A model generated the notes under the pieces. The model did not search any database and was not told the origin of the DNA. It was given only the letters and a program-made list of their open reading frames with translations. Both the position numbers and the translations under genes were made by a program. This document shows positions 48,247 through 57,660 of a stretch of DNA of 58,558 nucleotides, in pieces. How positions within the stretch are numbered: the stretch's first letter is position 1; every line of letters begins with the position of its first letter. This stretch comes from a virus (taxonomy: Duplodnaviria > Caudoviricetes): positions 1-58,558 of the IMG/VR virus record IMGVR_UViG_3300047550_005955, one strand, 5' to 3'.

Positions 48247-50913
48247 ATGAGATGGCCATGGCAAACAAAAGAAGAATCAGACGAAAAATCAAACTATAGA
48301 CGCATTAATGATCAGTCTATACTCATAGCGAATATAGAAAAAATAATAGAGAGTGAAGCCTACTATAGTTTGCAAAGCGGTCCTTTAATGCTTGGCTATA
48401 ATATACAAGAGCCAGAAACTAGCATAAATAGTGTTTATAATTTTAAAGATTTCATAGAGACATATAGTAAGCTATCGCCGGCTGATTTATCCAACCTTGT
48501 ACCATTTATTGAAATATACAAGGTATATCCAGATGAAGATAATCAGGAAACTTATAGAATTCCATTTAATAACTATTATCCGTCAAAAGCAAAAGATTCG
48601 ATTTTGTTAAACGGCTCAGATCGAGGATATCAAGCAAATATTGTTAATGTTGAATTTGTTTCTCAGGGTAAAGATACTGCGACAATGTATCTTTATACGG
48701 TAAAAATTAATTTTATATTTGATTCTGTTGCAACACTTTTTAATCAAAACTCTAGATATATAGAACTCTTTAATCCACCAAAAAAACACAAAGACAAAGT
48801 TAGAAATGCCGATGATAAATATTATCAATTAATTTTAAAATTTGGATGGGATGTTAATACGGATTTTCCTTCTGAAATAGCAACAGCGCTTCATCCAAAA
48901 GAATTGACTAGATTTGCAGATGCATCTAAAAGCACTGTTTATATTAACTATACAAAACATAATTTAGTTTTCAATGAGGATGGTAGTGTCTCGCTTTCTG
49001 TAGAGTACATTGGTAGCATAGAATCTGAAGCACGAAATGCTGATAAGATTAATGCTTTCGAAAGTCCAGATGTGACCGAAATTAAACAAGTACAGAGTGA
49101 TATCGATTTTAAAGAGCAAAAACTCAAAGAAGTGTATGGTGAAAAATTAGAAATTAATGTTACCAAGGACGACAAAGATGATAATGTAGAAATTAAATTT
49201 TTAATTGATGGAAAAAACATTGAAAACATTTCGCGCGCCGACGTCGATTATCTAATCGAAAAATATAAACAAAAATATAAATTAGAGAAAAACTCACTAG
49301 ACAGTTTGATGGCAACCCTAATTGAAAACATAATTGTACAATATGGAGAAATGCCATACATACGTATGAATAAAAGTCGTTATGATGAAGCAGTAAAGAT
49401 ACTGGAGCAGTATTCATCTTACAATGAAGCAGAGCAAGTTGAAAAAGAAAAAGAAAAGAATCGGTTGTATTCAGCCGATCAAAAAACCACAATACTAAAA
49501 AGATCTTTGGCTGCAATAAAGCCTGATCCTTCGATGGGAAATCGATATCAAAGAAACGAAGACGAAGAATATCTTCGAGATCGCATAAAAAAAGATCAAA
49601 CAGTTTCTAAACTTATTTCACAAAATAAATTATCAAACGACGACACACTCGATGTCTATGACATAAGATACTTTACATTTGGCACTCTCATAAAATCTCT
49701 TACGTCCATGGATTCGGAATATTTTACAATCGCAACAAATTGCAATATTAATTTAGCTGGCGATCTTATAAGTGCAAAGCAGTTTATTGAGGCAAACGGA
49801 AAATTAATTGTAGAATCTGGAATAAAAATCGATGAATCAAATTTGATAATAGAAAATAAAACTCACACAATTAATATATTTGATATTCCGATAGCAATAT
49901 CTACATTTAAATACTGGTTTACAAAAAACGTTACCAGCCAGAATTTAACATCGATGACATTAATTAATTTTTTGAATCTTTGTGTCAATGATTTGCTGAT
50001 GTTGGCGGTAAGGAGTGATAATCGAGATTATGTTCCAAAACAAAATGTCAGATTTAAATTCTTTTTTGATAAAGTTGATATTAATAATGAGAATGAACTT
50101 TTAAAAAAGGCTCTGTTGCAAGCAAATGAAAAAGAATATAGTATCTTTTCTAGAGATAGAAAGTATCCATCATCGATTGATCCCATTTTGTTGCAAAATA
50201 ATAAAAATATTTCTTTTTCTGACAATTCAGTGAATTCTCAAAAAACAACAAAAAAAATTATTATTTTTTATGCTATCCCAACTTTTGTTTCAAGAAAATA
50301 TAATGCTAAAAAAGATTTACAAGATGGAATCCCTCACTTCTTCTATGGTGCTTCAAATAGTATTGCAAACAAAATAACGTTCAGAGATGAAAACATACCA
50401 TTCTACAAAGAAGCAAATATCCAGTCTCAAGTCGATAGAAAACCGTGGAGTCCGGGAATATTTTTGCGTGGTAAGTATAACGTTATCATAGATACAATTG
50501 GCACTGTTAATTTTAAGGTTGGTAGTATGTTTTACGTTTCACCATCATTTACCGGCGTTGTCGATATTAGTGAGCCAATAGAGTATGGAATAGGTGGATA
50601 TTTTAATCTAGTATCAATTAAAATATCGATTGATTCGGGAAAATATACAACTTCACTAGAGGGAAATTGGGTTGCAACAGGTACTGGAGAATATACCGAT
50701 CTTACACACAAGGGAATCAGTTTAATTAAACTATCAAAACCACTGGAAATCCTGCAAACGATTCAACAACAGCAGATATCTGAACAACAAGACATATTGG
50801 CAGAACTCTTAAATCAGGGTACTGCTCGCCCGGGTGAAAATTTACAAGATGTTGTCAATAGAACTGGAGTTGTCTATACTGGAAGCGGCAAAAGGGTACC
50901 ACGCAGTGGATAG
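48247..50913 (+). CDS. Putative baseplate hub protein
   Basis: LKFGW, DGSVSLSVEYIG, GIGGYF.L.SI...I.SG.YTT.L pattern; position. Confidence 0.55.
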   Translation: MRWPWQTKEESDEKSNYRRINDQSILIANIEKIIESEAYYSLQSGPLMLGYNIQEPETSINSVYNFKDFIETYSKLSPADLSNLVPFIEIYKVYPDEDNQETYRIPFNNYYPSKAKDSILLNGSDRGYQANIVNVEFVSQGKDTATMYLYTVKINFIFDSVATLFNQNSRYIELFNPPKKHKDKVRNADDKYYQLILKFGWDVNTDFPSEIATALHPKELTRFADASKSTVYINYTKHNLVFNEDGSVSLSVEYIGSIESEARNADKINAFESPDVTEIKQVQSDIDFKEQKLKEVYGEKLEINVTKDDKDDNVEIKFLIDGKNIENISRADVDYLIEKYKQKYKLEKNSLDSLMATLIENIIVQYGEMPYIRMNKSRYDEAVKILEQYSSYNEAEQVEKEKEKNRLYSADQKTTILKRSLAAIKPDPSMGNRYQRNEDEEYLRDRIKKDQTVSKLISQNKLSNDDTLDVYDIRYFTFGTLIKSLTSMDSEYFTIATNCNINLAGDLISAKQFIEANGKLIVESGIKIDESNLIIENKTHTINIFDIPIAISTFKYWFTKNVTSQNLTSMTLINFLNLCVNDLLMLAVRSDNRDYVPKQNVRFKFFFDKVDINNENELLKKALLQANEKEYSIFSRDRKYPSSIDPILLQNNKNISFSDNSVNSQKTTKKIIIFYAIPTFVSRKYNAKKDLQDGIPHFFYGASNSIANKITFRDENIPFYKEANIQSQVDRKPWSPGIFLRGKYNVIIDTIGTVNFKVGSMFYVSPSFTGVVDISEPIEYGIGGYFNLVSIKISIDSGKYTTSLEGNWVATGTGEYTDLTHKGISLIKLSKPLEILQTIQQQQISEQQDILAELLNQGTARPGENLQDVVNRTGVVYTGSGKRVPRSG

Positions 50914-50940
50914 TACTGCAACACACTCATCAACTAAAAT

Positions 50941-52218
50941 ATGATTATCAATAACTTAAACGACAAATATCTAGATAAACTAAATGACAACTCACAGACA
51001 CAAGATGATGTGAACTCTCAAAATTATCGTATATTGCCAGTGGGAAAAAATGGACAGGGTAGTTTTAAACTTTTTTATCAAAGAAAAAACTATGAAAAAG
51101 CATTAAACAACTTTTTAGAAGAACGCTCAATAAGTGTCTCTAGTTTTAAAGATTTAATATATTCTCATTCTTTGTATGGAAAAATAAACAATAAAAAAGA
51201 AGTGGTAATAGTTAAAAAGCAAAAGTTAAAACAACTTGTTTGTGAAAAGAAAGTTACACTTATAAATATTGTCGCTGATGCATATGATGATTTATATAAA
51301 AAACACAAATCGATTGTCGATCGAAAACAAATATCTACAAAAAGCAAATTTTACGATATAACGCCAAAAGTAGGATATATATCAGCAAACCTAGAACACA
51401 GTAGATATGTTAATACGTATTTTAATGATTTCTTAAACTTTATAAAAGCACAAGCAACACAAGATGATATTATTAACTTGCCGAGTCTTATTAAAAATTT
51501 TGTGTATTTCTATAATCGCGAAACTACCTCGACGCTAATCAACAAGAGCACTTTTATATCGACCACTTTATGCTCGCCATTTTCAACTGGTTTAATGGTT
51601 CAGTTTACAGAAGACAAGCACGATGACGATAAAAACAAGTTTGAAAAATATATATCAGATCCATCTTTTGTTGCCTTTGATAATCTTGTTAAAGAGTTTG
51701 GCTTTGTTTTGGATCGCCATGCACCATGGAGACTTGTATTTGATTTGGCTAGCCCGACAGCAGAAAAATATTTAAGCAAATACAATATAACAGATATTGG
51801 ACAATATTTTGAAGAATATTATGATATGGCTGATAAGTTTGATTACGATACCCTTAAGGTTAATCTGGTAAACTTGTACAACTTCATTGCTAATGGACAA
51901 CCAGAGATAAAAGAGATAAAGTTTAAATCAAAAAATAATAATATATGTGTATCACAAAAAACAATAACAAGAAAGTTGTTGGATATAAAAAACTTGAACA
52001 AAGAAATAACAGAAGAAGAGATGATAAAACTATTTTTTTATTTCAAATCTGTTGAGAATATGTTGATATCATCCGAACAGCAATATATGGATGAAGTAAG
52101 TGAAATATTGTCGATATACAAGTTCAGAAATATTTCTGAATGTTTAAAAATAATATCAGAAAAAACAAAACTAAATATGGGCAAAGGAAATAAAGCATTT
52201 CGTATATTTTTGCCATAA
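50941..52218 (+). CDS. Hypothetical protein, possibly a degenerate peptidase M15-like fold
   Basis: VADAYDDL..GYIS and KEFGFVLDRHAPWRL resemble the M15 scaffold without EPWH. Confidence 0.5.
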   Translation: MIINNLNDKYLDKLNDNSQTQDDVNSQNYRILPVGKNGQGSFKLFYQRKNYEKALNNFLEERSISVSSFKDLIYSHSLYGKINNKKEVVIVKKQKLKQLVCEKKVTLINIVADAYDDLYKKHKSIVDRKQISTKSKFYDITPKVGYISANLEHSRYVNTYFNDFLNFIKAQATQDDIINLPSLIKNFVYFYNRETTSTLINKSTFISTTLCSPFSTGLMVQFTEDKHDDDKNKFEKYISDPSFVAFDNLVKEFGFVLDRHAPWRLVFDLASPTAEKYLSKYNITDIGQYFEEYYDMADKFDYDTLKVNLVNLYNFIANGQPEIKEIKFKSKNNNICVSQKTITRKLLDIKNLNKEITEEEMIKLFFYFKSVENMLISSEQQYMDEVSEILSIYKFRNISECLKIISEKTKLNMGKGNKAFRIFLP

Positions 52219-52225
52219 AAGTTGC

Positions 52226-52254
52226 TTGACACTTGGAGCCTGCCGGGCTAAACT
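52226..52254 (+). promoter_or_regulatory. Sigma70-type promoter
   Basis: TTGACA-17-TAAACT. Confidence 0.75.
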
Positions 52255-52262
52255 GTTGCGTT

Positions 52263-53447
52263 ATGACCTTTTTAACGCTAGACGATAAAGAAGAGTGTAT
52301 TGGATATTATTGTGACGGCAAGTTGATTTTTGGCGAAAAACCATCAACTAATGAAAACAAAACCTGGAAATACTCGCCTCAACACTCTGGCGATCAGATG
52401 CTATATGCAAGTCTGTTTTGTGCTGGTAAAGACTTTGATGAAGTGTGTCCTGAGAGACTTCAGGAAACTTGGATCAAACTAAACTCGTTGGCAAAAGCAT
52501 ACATTAGATCGTTTTTGGAGGCAAAAGTCTCGTTGAAAGAAAACTGTTTTTATGATTTGGTTCCAAAACAGTTTTTGATCGATTATTGTGATATTAAGTG
52601 TCAAATAATCGACGATGTGTTGAATACTTGTGAGAAACCAAATAACTACGACTTCTTGCTTGATCTGGACAAACTTATCCATCAGATAAGAAGAACAAAA
52701 ATGAACTTAAAGTTTGATGTTCTCAAAAAAGAACAGCACGATCAAAAAACAAGAGATTTTGTACAAAAATATACAAACAAAGAAAGTAGCATTGTCTACA
52801 ATCAGTTTTCAAGCAAGACAGGCAGGCTAACAACTGAAGAAAATAGTTTTCCCATTTTGAATCTAAGCAAACAATACAGAAAAGTTATTCATCCAAAAAA
52901 TGATTTTTTCCTAGAACTAGATTATAATGCCGCTGAAGTGCGCGTATTTCTTGCTCTTAGTGGATTTAAGCAGCCGGAAACAGATATCCATGAATGGAAT
53001 CGCATTAAGTTTGGATATGATGATAGAAGCGAAGCAAAAAATAATATTATTTCTTGGTTGTATGGAAAGAAAAACAAAAAAGAACAAGATTTTAAAAAGT
53101 TTTATAATACAGAACTAATAAAATCTAAATATTGGGATGGATATCTTGTAACCAATCATTATGGTAGAAAGATTGCCGCTGATGACTTTCACTGTGTGAA
53201 CTATATTGTACAAAGCACGGCAGCAGATTTAGCATTGAGGCAGGCAATCGAAGTCAACAAAGTCTTAAATGGATGTCAATCTAAGATTAGTATGATAATC
53301 CACGATAGTATTTTGATTGATATGAAAAAAGAAGAAAAAGAAAAAATCAACAGCATAATAGATACATATAGTAAAACAGAGTTTGGAAAGTTTCTTTGTT
53401 CCGTTAAGGTCGGAAAAAATTTTGGAGAAATGAAAAAAATCCTATGA
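52263..53447 (+). CDS. Short family-A DNA polymerase-like protein
   Basis: KTGRL, motif A LDYNAAEVR, motif B RSEAK..WLYG, NYIVQSTAAD, motif C IHDS. Confidence 0.8.
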   Translation: MTFLTLDDKEECIGYYCDGKLIFGEKPSTNENKTWKYSPQHSGDQMLYASLFCAGKDFDEVCPERLQETWIKLNSLAKAYIRSFLEAKVSLKENCFYDLVPKQFLIDYCDIKCQIIDDVLNTCEKPNNYDFLLDLDKLIHQIRRTKMNLKFDVLKKEQHDQKTRDFVQKYTNKESSIVYNQFSSKTGRLTTEENSFPILNLSKQYRKVIHPKNDFFLELDYNAAEVRVFLALSGFKQPETDIHEWNRIKFGYDDRSEAKNNIISWLYGKKNKKEQDFKKFYNTELIKSKYWDGYLVTNHYGRKIAADDFHCVNYIVQSTAADLALRQAIEVNKVLNGCQSKISMIIHDSILIDMKKEEKEKINSIIDTYSKTEFGKFLCSVKVGKNFGEMKKIL

Positions 53448-54286
53448 TATCCGTGGTTGGTATTGGAAATTTTTGTTCCAAAATAGTGGATGCGCTAAAG
53501 CAATATCCGCAATATAATGTCTATAAAATCATCAGCACCCCAGAGCATTCCGAAAACATGCTGAGTGTCGGAGATTTAAAAAACTCAGAAATGTATGAGC
53601 AGTTACAAGTTGATTATCCCACATTTATTAAAGATACAAACTCTTTTGTTACTGTTTTTATTGATGGCTCGGAACCAATAAGTGGCGTTGTATTGAAGTT
53701 TCTTGAAGGTTTAAAAACAAGACAAATAAAAATCGTATATATCTGTTCAGATTTACAGTTGATGTCTTCGTTGGAAAAAACGCAAGACAAAATATGCTTC
53801 AATGTTTTGCAAGAGTATGCAAGATCTGGATTGTTTAAAAATATAACACTGATAGACAAAACCAAACTAGAAAACATACTTGGCAATGTATCAATATTGG
53901 AATATGAAGAAAAAATAATCAACTTGGTTGTTTCTACGTATCACATGACCAATGTTTATGCGAATACAAAACCGGTCCTTACTAACTCTATTGAAAACAA
54001 TACCGTGTGCCGTATATCTACTTATGGCTTATCCGATATCGGAGGCGACGCAATACGTTGGTTCTTCGATATAAATAATATTGATAATATTGTATATTAT
54101 TTTGCTATCAATTCAGATACTCTGAAAAAGGAACAAAAACTTCTTCAAAGCATTAAAAAGCAGGTAAAAGATAAGCAAGTCGATAATATGAAGGTAATGT
54201 TTGGCGTTTATGAAACCACATATATGCAAAACTATGTCTATTGCGAAGCAAACACCAAAATCATCCAGACGCGCAGCAGTGCTTGA
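53444..54286 (+). CDS. Degenerate tubulin/FtsZ-like protein
   Basis: VVGIGNFCSKIVDAL N-terminal loop, Rossmann-like spacing, LIDK in place of the DN motif; GGGTGSG loop degenerate (DGSEPISG). Confidence 0.5.
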   Translation: MISVVGIGNFCSKIVDALKQYPQYNVYKIISTPEHSENMLSVGDLKNSEMYEQLQVDYPTFIKDTNSFVTVFIDGSEPISGVVLKFLEGLKTRQIKIVYICSDLQLMSSLEKTQDKICFNVLQEYARSGLFKNITLIDKTKLENILGNVSILEYEEKIINLVVSTYHMTNVYANTKPVLTNSIENNTVCRISTYGLSDIGGDAIRWFFDINNIDNIVYYFAINSDTLKKEQKLLQSIKKQVKDKQVDNMKVMFGVYETTYMQNYVYCEANTKIIQTRSSA

Positions 54287-54311
54287 CATGTGATCTGATC
54301 TGTGCTATGAT
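54283..54311 (+). promoter_or_regulatory. Sigma70-type promoter
   Basis: TTGACA-17-TATGAT with TGn. Confidence 0.8.
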
Positions 54312-54369
54312 GCATCAACACCTGTTGATCCTTCGGATCTTAACAGAAACAACAAAGGATGAAAAACGT

Positions 54370-54702
54370 ATGTCAAAGATCAATGTAAATCGTCGCGGAC
54401 CAACAGCAGATGCTGGGCTTACACTTGAAAGTCTCCGTCCAGGAGAAACTTTCCGCTTCCCACGCTCCACTACCGGAGTAGTATATCAACTACTCACTGT
54501 AAGTAATAGCATGCAGAAGCGAAGCCTACGTTCCAATTGGGAGTTTATTTTTGTTAATGTCTCTAATGGACGCGTATTTGGCACCGATGATCCGCGCAGC
54601 GTAGTACTAGTTGACTGTTCGCTTACTGCTCGTGAACGTACTCCATCTACTAGTACTTCACGAAGGCGTACACGAAAACTTGCTCGCCGTCGCTCACGTT
54701 GA
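54370..54702 (+). CDS. Small basic protein with Arg-rich tail
   Basis: AAGGA upstream; own promoter and terminator; ends SRRRTRKLARRRSR. Confidence 0.7.
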   Translation: MSKINVNRRGPTADAGLTLESLRPGETFRFPRSTTGVVYQLLTVSNSMQKRSLRSNWEFIFVNVSNGRVFGTDDPRSVVLVDCSLTARERTPSTSTSRRRTRKLARRRSR

Positions 54703-54722
54703 TTAAAAACTGAATAACTTAT

Positions 54723-54757
54723 AGTAAAAGGGCAGATTTTCTGCCCTTTACTTTTTT
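54723..54757 (+). terminator. Rho-independent terminator
   Basis: AAGGGCAGA-TTT-TCTGCCCTT plus T-tract. Confidence 0.85.
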
Positions 54758-54802
54758 ATAGAAGGATGATAAGTATTAATGAAGGTCAGCGTTGAAACAG
54801 AT

Positions 54803-54831
54803 TTGACAGAAGGATCGCTGACTGCTATGCT
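54803..54831 (+). promoter_or_regulatory. Sigma70-type promoter for SSB
   Basis: TTGACA-17-TATGCT with TGn. Confidence 0.75.
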
Positions 54832-54899
54832 TGGTTTTGATAGAGCCAACATTTAACGGTTCACTCAACAATAAGTTGAAGTACCACAGGAGAAATAAA

Positions 54900-55637
54900 A
54901 TGGGTATTGATATTCGCGCAATGCAAAAGAAACTTGAAAAACTGAATAATAAAGGTAAGTCATCTTCAGATTCTGCGTTCTGGAAACCAGAAGATGGCTC
55001 ACACGAAGTAAGGGTTCTCCCAACTTCAGATGGAGATCCATTTAAAGAATATTGGTTTCACTATAATGTAGGCACAGGTGGTATTCTTTGTCCAAAACGA
55101 AACTATGGCGAAGATTGTCCGATCTGTGAGTTTGCTACAAAACTCTTTAAGGAAGGCGATCCAGAGAGTGTTGCAAGTGCAAAAGAACTGTTTGTTCGCC
55201 AGCGTTTCTGTTCCCCGATTCTTGTTCGTGGATCAGAAAAAGATGGGGTAAAGATTTGGTCATACAGCAAGACTGTTTATGAAGAACTGCTTAAGACCGT
55301 TCTTGATCCAGATTATGGCGACATTACTGATCTAGAAAACGGATTTGATCTAAAGGTTGATAAAGGCAAGAAGAATGGTGCTCGTTATTCAACCATGACG
55401 GTCAAGCCAAAACCAAAATCAGGTCCAATGTGTAAGGGTCTTGGAACAGAAGAATGCAAGGAACTGCTCGATAGCATTCCAGATTTCTCGACACTATTTA
55501 CACGTTCATCATCATCAGAAGTTCAGGTTGCTTTGGATAAACATCTAGCAGAACCAGATGAAACAACTGTTGGTGTCGAAAAGGGTGGTGGCGCCGAAAA
55601 TGCTGTTGACGCAGCCATTCGAGAGTTAGATCTCTGA
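54900..55637 (+). CDS. Single-stranded DNA-binding protein (gp32-like)
   Basis: AGGAG RBS; FWKP..VRVLP..FHY..LCP..CPICE; DYGDITD..G.D; acidic tail. Confidence 0.85.
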   Translation: MGIDIRAMQKKLEKLNNKGKSSSDSAFWKPEDGSHEVRVLPTSDGDPFKEYWFHYNVGTGGILCPKRNYGEDCPICEFATKLFKEGDPESVASAKELFVRQRFCSPILVRGSEKDGVKIWSYSKTVYEELLKTVLDPDYGDITDLENGFDLKVDKGKKNGARYSTMTVKPKPKSGPMCKGLGTEECKELLDSIPDFSTLFTRSSSSEVQVALDKHLAEPDETTVGVEKGGGAENAVDAAIRELDL

Positions 55638-55650
55638 TAAAGATTCTTAC

Positions 55651-55700
55651 TTGACTTGAGCGACCAAAGAGGCTAAAATCTCTTTGGTCGTTTTTATTTT
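55651..55700 (+). terminator. Terminator hairpin superimposed on a sigma70-type promoter
   Basis: CGACCAAAGAG-GCTAAAAT-CTCTTTGGTCG plus T-tract; TTGACT-17-TAAAAT with the -10 in the loop. Confidence 0.7.
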
Positions 55701-55734
55701 CTATCACGGATCTTTCTAAAAAAGGAGCACAACA

Positions 55735-56889
55735 ATGGCGGCACAAAAAGAAGTAAAAGCAGGTAAGTTAGATGTAGGTGAACTAAGAAAATCTCTTAAT
55801 CAAAAACTAAAGGGAAATGTGTTCGATCTACGTGAACAAAATCCAACAGACGTAAAAGAATGGATCCCAACAGGGGCAACATGGCTTGATGGTATTGTGG
55901 CAAAAGGAAAAATGGGAGGAATACCGGTAGGAAAAATAATCGAGATTGCCGGTATTCAAGCAACAGGTAAAAGTTATCTTGCAGCCGTTATCGCTGGAAA
56001 TGCACAACGTCAAGGAATCGTACCGGTATATTTTGATGCCGAAAGCGCAATCAATAGCGAGTTTCTACAAAAAGCCGGCTGTGATCTAGAAAACCTGATC
56101 TACATCCAACCATCAGATCTTGAAACCGTGTTTGAAACCATGGAATCATTAATGGCAGGTAATACACATAAGTTCCTGTTTATTATCGATAGTCTGGCAG
56201 CAACTCCAACAAAAGTTGATGTTGAGGGAACTTTTAATCCAAATGAGCGTATCGGCGTGAAAGCAGCCCTATTAGCAAAAGCATTTCAAAAAATCACAAC
56301 ACCTCTTGCTCAACATGAATCAACCTTGATCATACTTAATCAGTTGAAGGTTAATATCAAAGCAACAAGCGAAGCCCCTATGGGTGGAAAGTATTTAACT
56401 GATAGTCAAAAGTATGGAACTCCAGGTGGTTCATCGCCAGATTTCTTTACAAGTTTGCGTATTTGGCTTACTAAATCATTTGCCAAAGATAGTATGGTAT
56501 ATGATGAAAAAGGCTACCAGATTGGTTCGCATGTTCGTGCTCGTATAGAAAAATCACGGTTTGGAACACAAAATCGTATTGCTGAGTTTAAGATTCTATG
56601 GGGCGATCAAGTTGGTGTAATGAATGAAGAAAGTGTCCTTGAGGCAATCAAGGGTAAAACCGAACATCTTGAAACGGGAACTTGGAATAAACTAACATAT
56701 GCTGATGGAAGCGTAGAAAAGTGGCAAGGTCTTGAAGAAGGTTTCGTTAATCTAATGAAAATAAATGAAAAGTTTCGTAATCGTGTAATGGAAATATTTG
56801 ATTATGAAGTTATTCAGAAGTTTGATAAAAAACTTGGGGATGCAAAGGACTTTTTGAATGATGGAAAAGGAGAAGATGTGCAGACTTGA
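55735..56889 (+). CDS. recA: RecA/UvsX-like recombinase
   Basis: GGIPVGKIIEIAG.QATGKS Walker A, YFDAE, IIDSLAA, ILNQ, TPGG, KSRF. Confidence 0.9.
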   Translation: MAAQKEVKAGKLDVGELRKSLNQKLKGNVFDLREQNPTDVKEWIPTGATWLDGIVAKGKMGGIPVGKIIEIAGIQATGKSYLAAVIAGNAQRQGIVPVYFDAESAINSEFLQKAGCDLENLIYIQPSDLETVFETMESLMAGNTHKFLFIIDSLAATPTKVDVEGTFNPNERIGVKAALLAKAFQKITTPLAQHESTLIILNQLKVNIKATSEAPMGGKYLTDSQKYGTPGGSSPDFFTSLRIWLTKSFAKDSMVYDEKGYQIGSHVRARIEKSRFGTQNRIAEFKILWGDQVGVMNEESVLEAIKGKTEHLETGTWNKLTYADGSVEKWQGLEEGFVNLMKINEKFRNRVMEIFDYEVIQKFDKKLGDAKDFLNDGKGEDVQT

Positions 56890-56914
56890 CAGCCTGCCGA
56901 TCGCATGCTAATCT
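56886..56914 (+). promoter_or_regulatory. Sigma70-type promoter
   Basis: TTGACA-17-TAATCT with TGn. Confidence 0.75.
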
Positions 56915-56955
56915 GTGATCTCTAACGCCCTTGTGGCACAACAGGAGGGACGAGT

Positions 56956-57451
56956 ATGAAGTATTCGTCGTTTGTAGGAGTTCGCTGAGTCTATCGCCAC
57001 GGAGTTTCGTGACGATTCGCTACAGCATCAGATTGTTGCCCTTGCCGTAAAGGGTGGAAAGATTGTTAGTTTTGGCGTCAATAAGCGACGTTATGCTCGC
57101 AATAAGAGTGTTTTTAAGTGTTCTATGCATGCTGAAATTGACTTGATGGATAAGATGGGAGACAAGGCACGAGGTAGTAAAATCTATCTCTACCGTTTCA
57201 ATAATACTTCTTCTCCTTGTGCTCGGGAGAATAAGAATGGCAAGCCTTGTCCGCTTTGTCAGCATGCCTTGAAGAAGGCAGGAGTTTCTCGCGTTGTGTA
57301 TATTGATGATTCGGGAGATATTCAGACACTTAAGAATCGTGATATGATCGGTCTTGTTGGTGAGCCATCCAAGATTACCAATCATTTTCTTGATCGGCAC
57401 GGTGATGATCACCATGGTAAGTTTATTGTAATGCAGTTTGTTGCTGCCTGA
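56956..57451 (+). pseudogene. Cytidine/dCMP deaminase-fold gene with a +1 frame break near codons 8-10
   Basis: HAE and PCPLC zinc motifs; the domain's N-terminal part (56978-57124) is open but out of frame with the RBS-supported ATG 56956. Confidence 0.7.
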
Positions 57452-57650
57452 AAGGAAAATTGTGCGTTCCGATTTCAACAAAGAAACAGGCGAAGGTTAT
57501 TACGCATTTGATAGAAGTGATGTTTTTGAAGCATTATCTCTATGGTGCGCTAATAAAGGAATCAATCTAAAGGATAGACAAATTGTATCTTTTGATTGTT
57601 CTGGCGATCCACATTTTACTGTAGAGTTAGAGTTCGTAACGAAAAAATAA
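57438..57650 (+). CDS. Hypothetical protein
   Basis: 70-aa ORF filling the gap; start uncertain. Confidence 0.5.
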   Translation: MLLPERKIVRSDFNKETGEGYYAFDRSDVFEALSLWCANKGINLKDRQIVSFDCSGDPHFTVELEFVTKK

Positions 57651-57660
57651 GGAGAAACAA

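Noticed and set aside
54241-54899. Upstream starts given by the ORF track (54241, 54831; also 15032, 17986, 24654, 25174, 38687, 52233)
   Set aside because: They overlap promoters or upstream genes; downstream ATGs fit RBS or promoter geometry better
56975-56977. TAG reassignment explaining the deaminase break
   Set aside because: TAG terminates several clear genes here (1483, 32551, 37925, 48233), and that frame has no RBS-supported start
533-57481. Numerous minus-strand and nested ORFs in the track (e.g. 25248..25865, 29065..29640, 43739..44347, 57020..57481)
   Set aside because: Antisense shadows of well-supported + strand genes, without RBS or recognisable motifs
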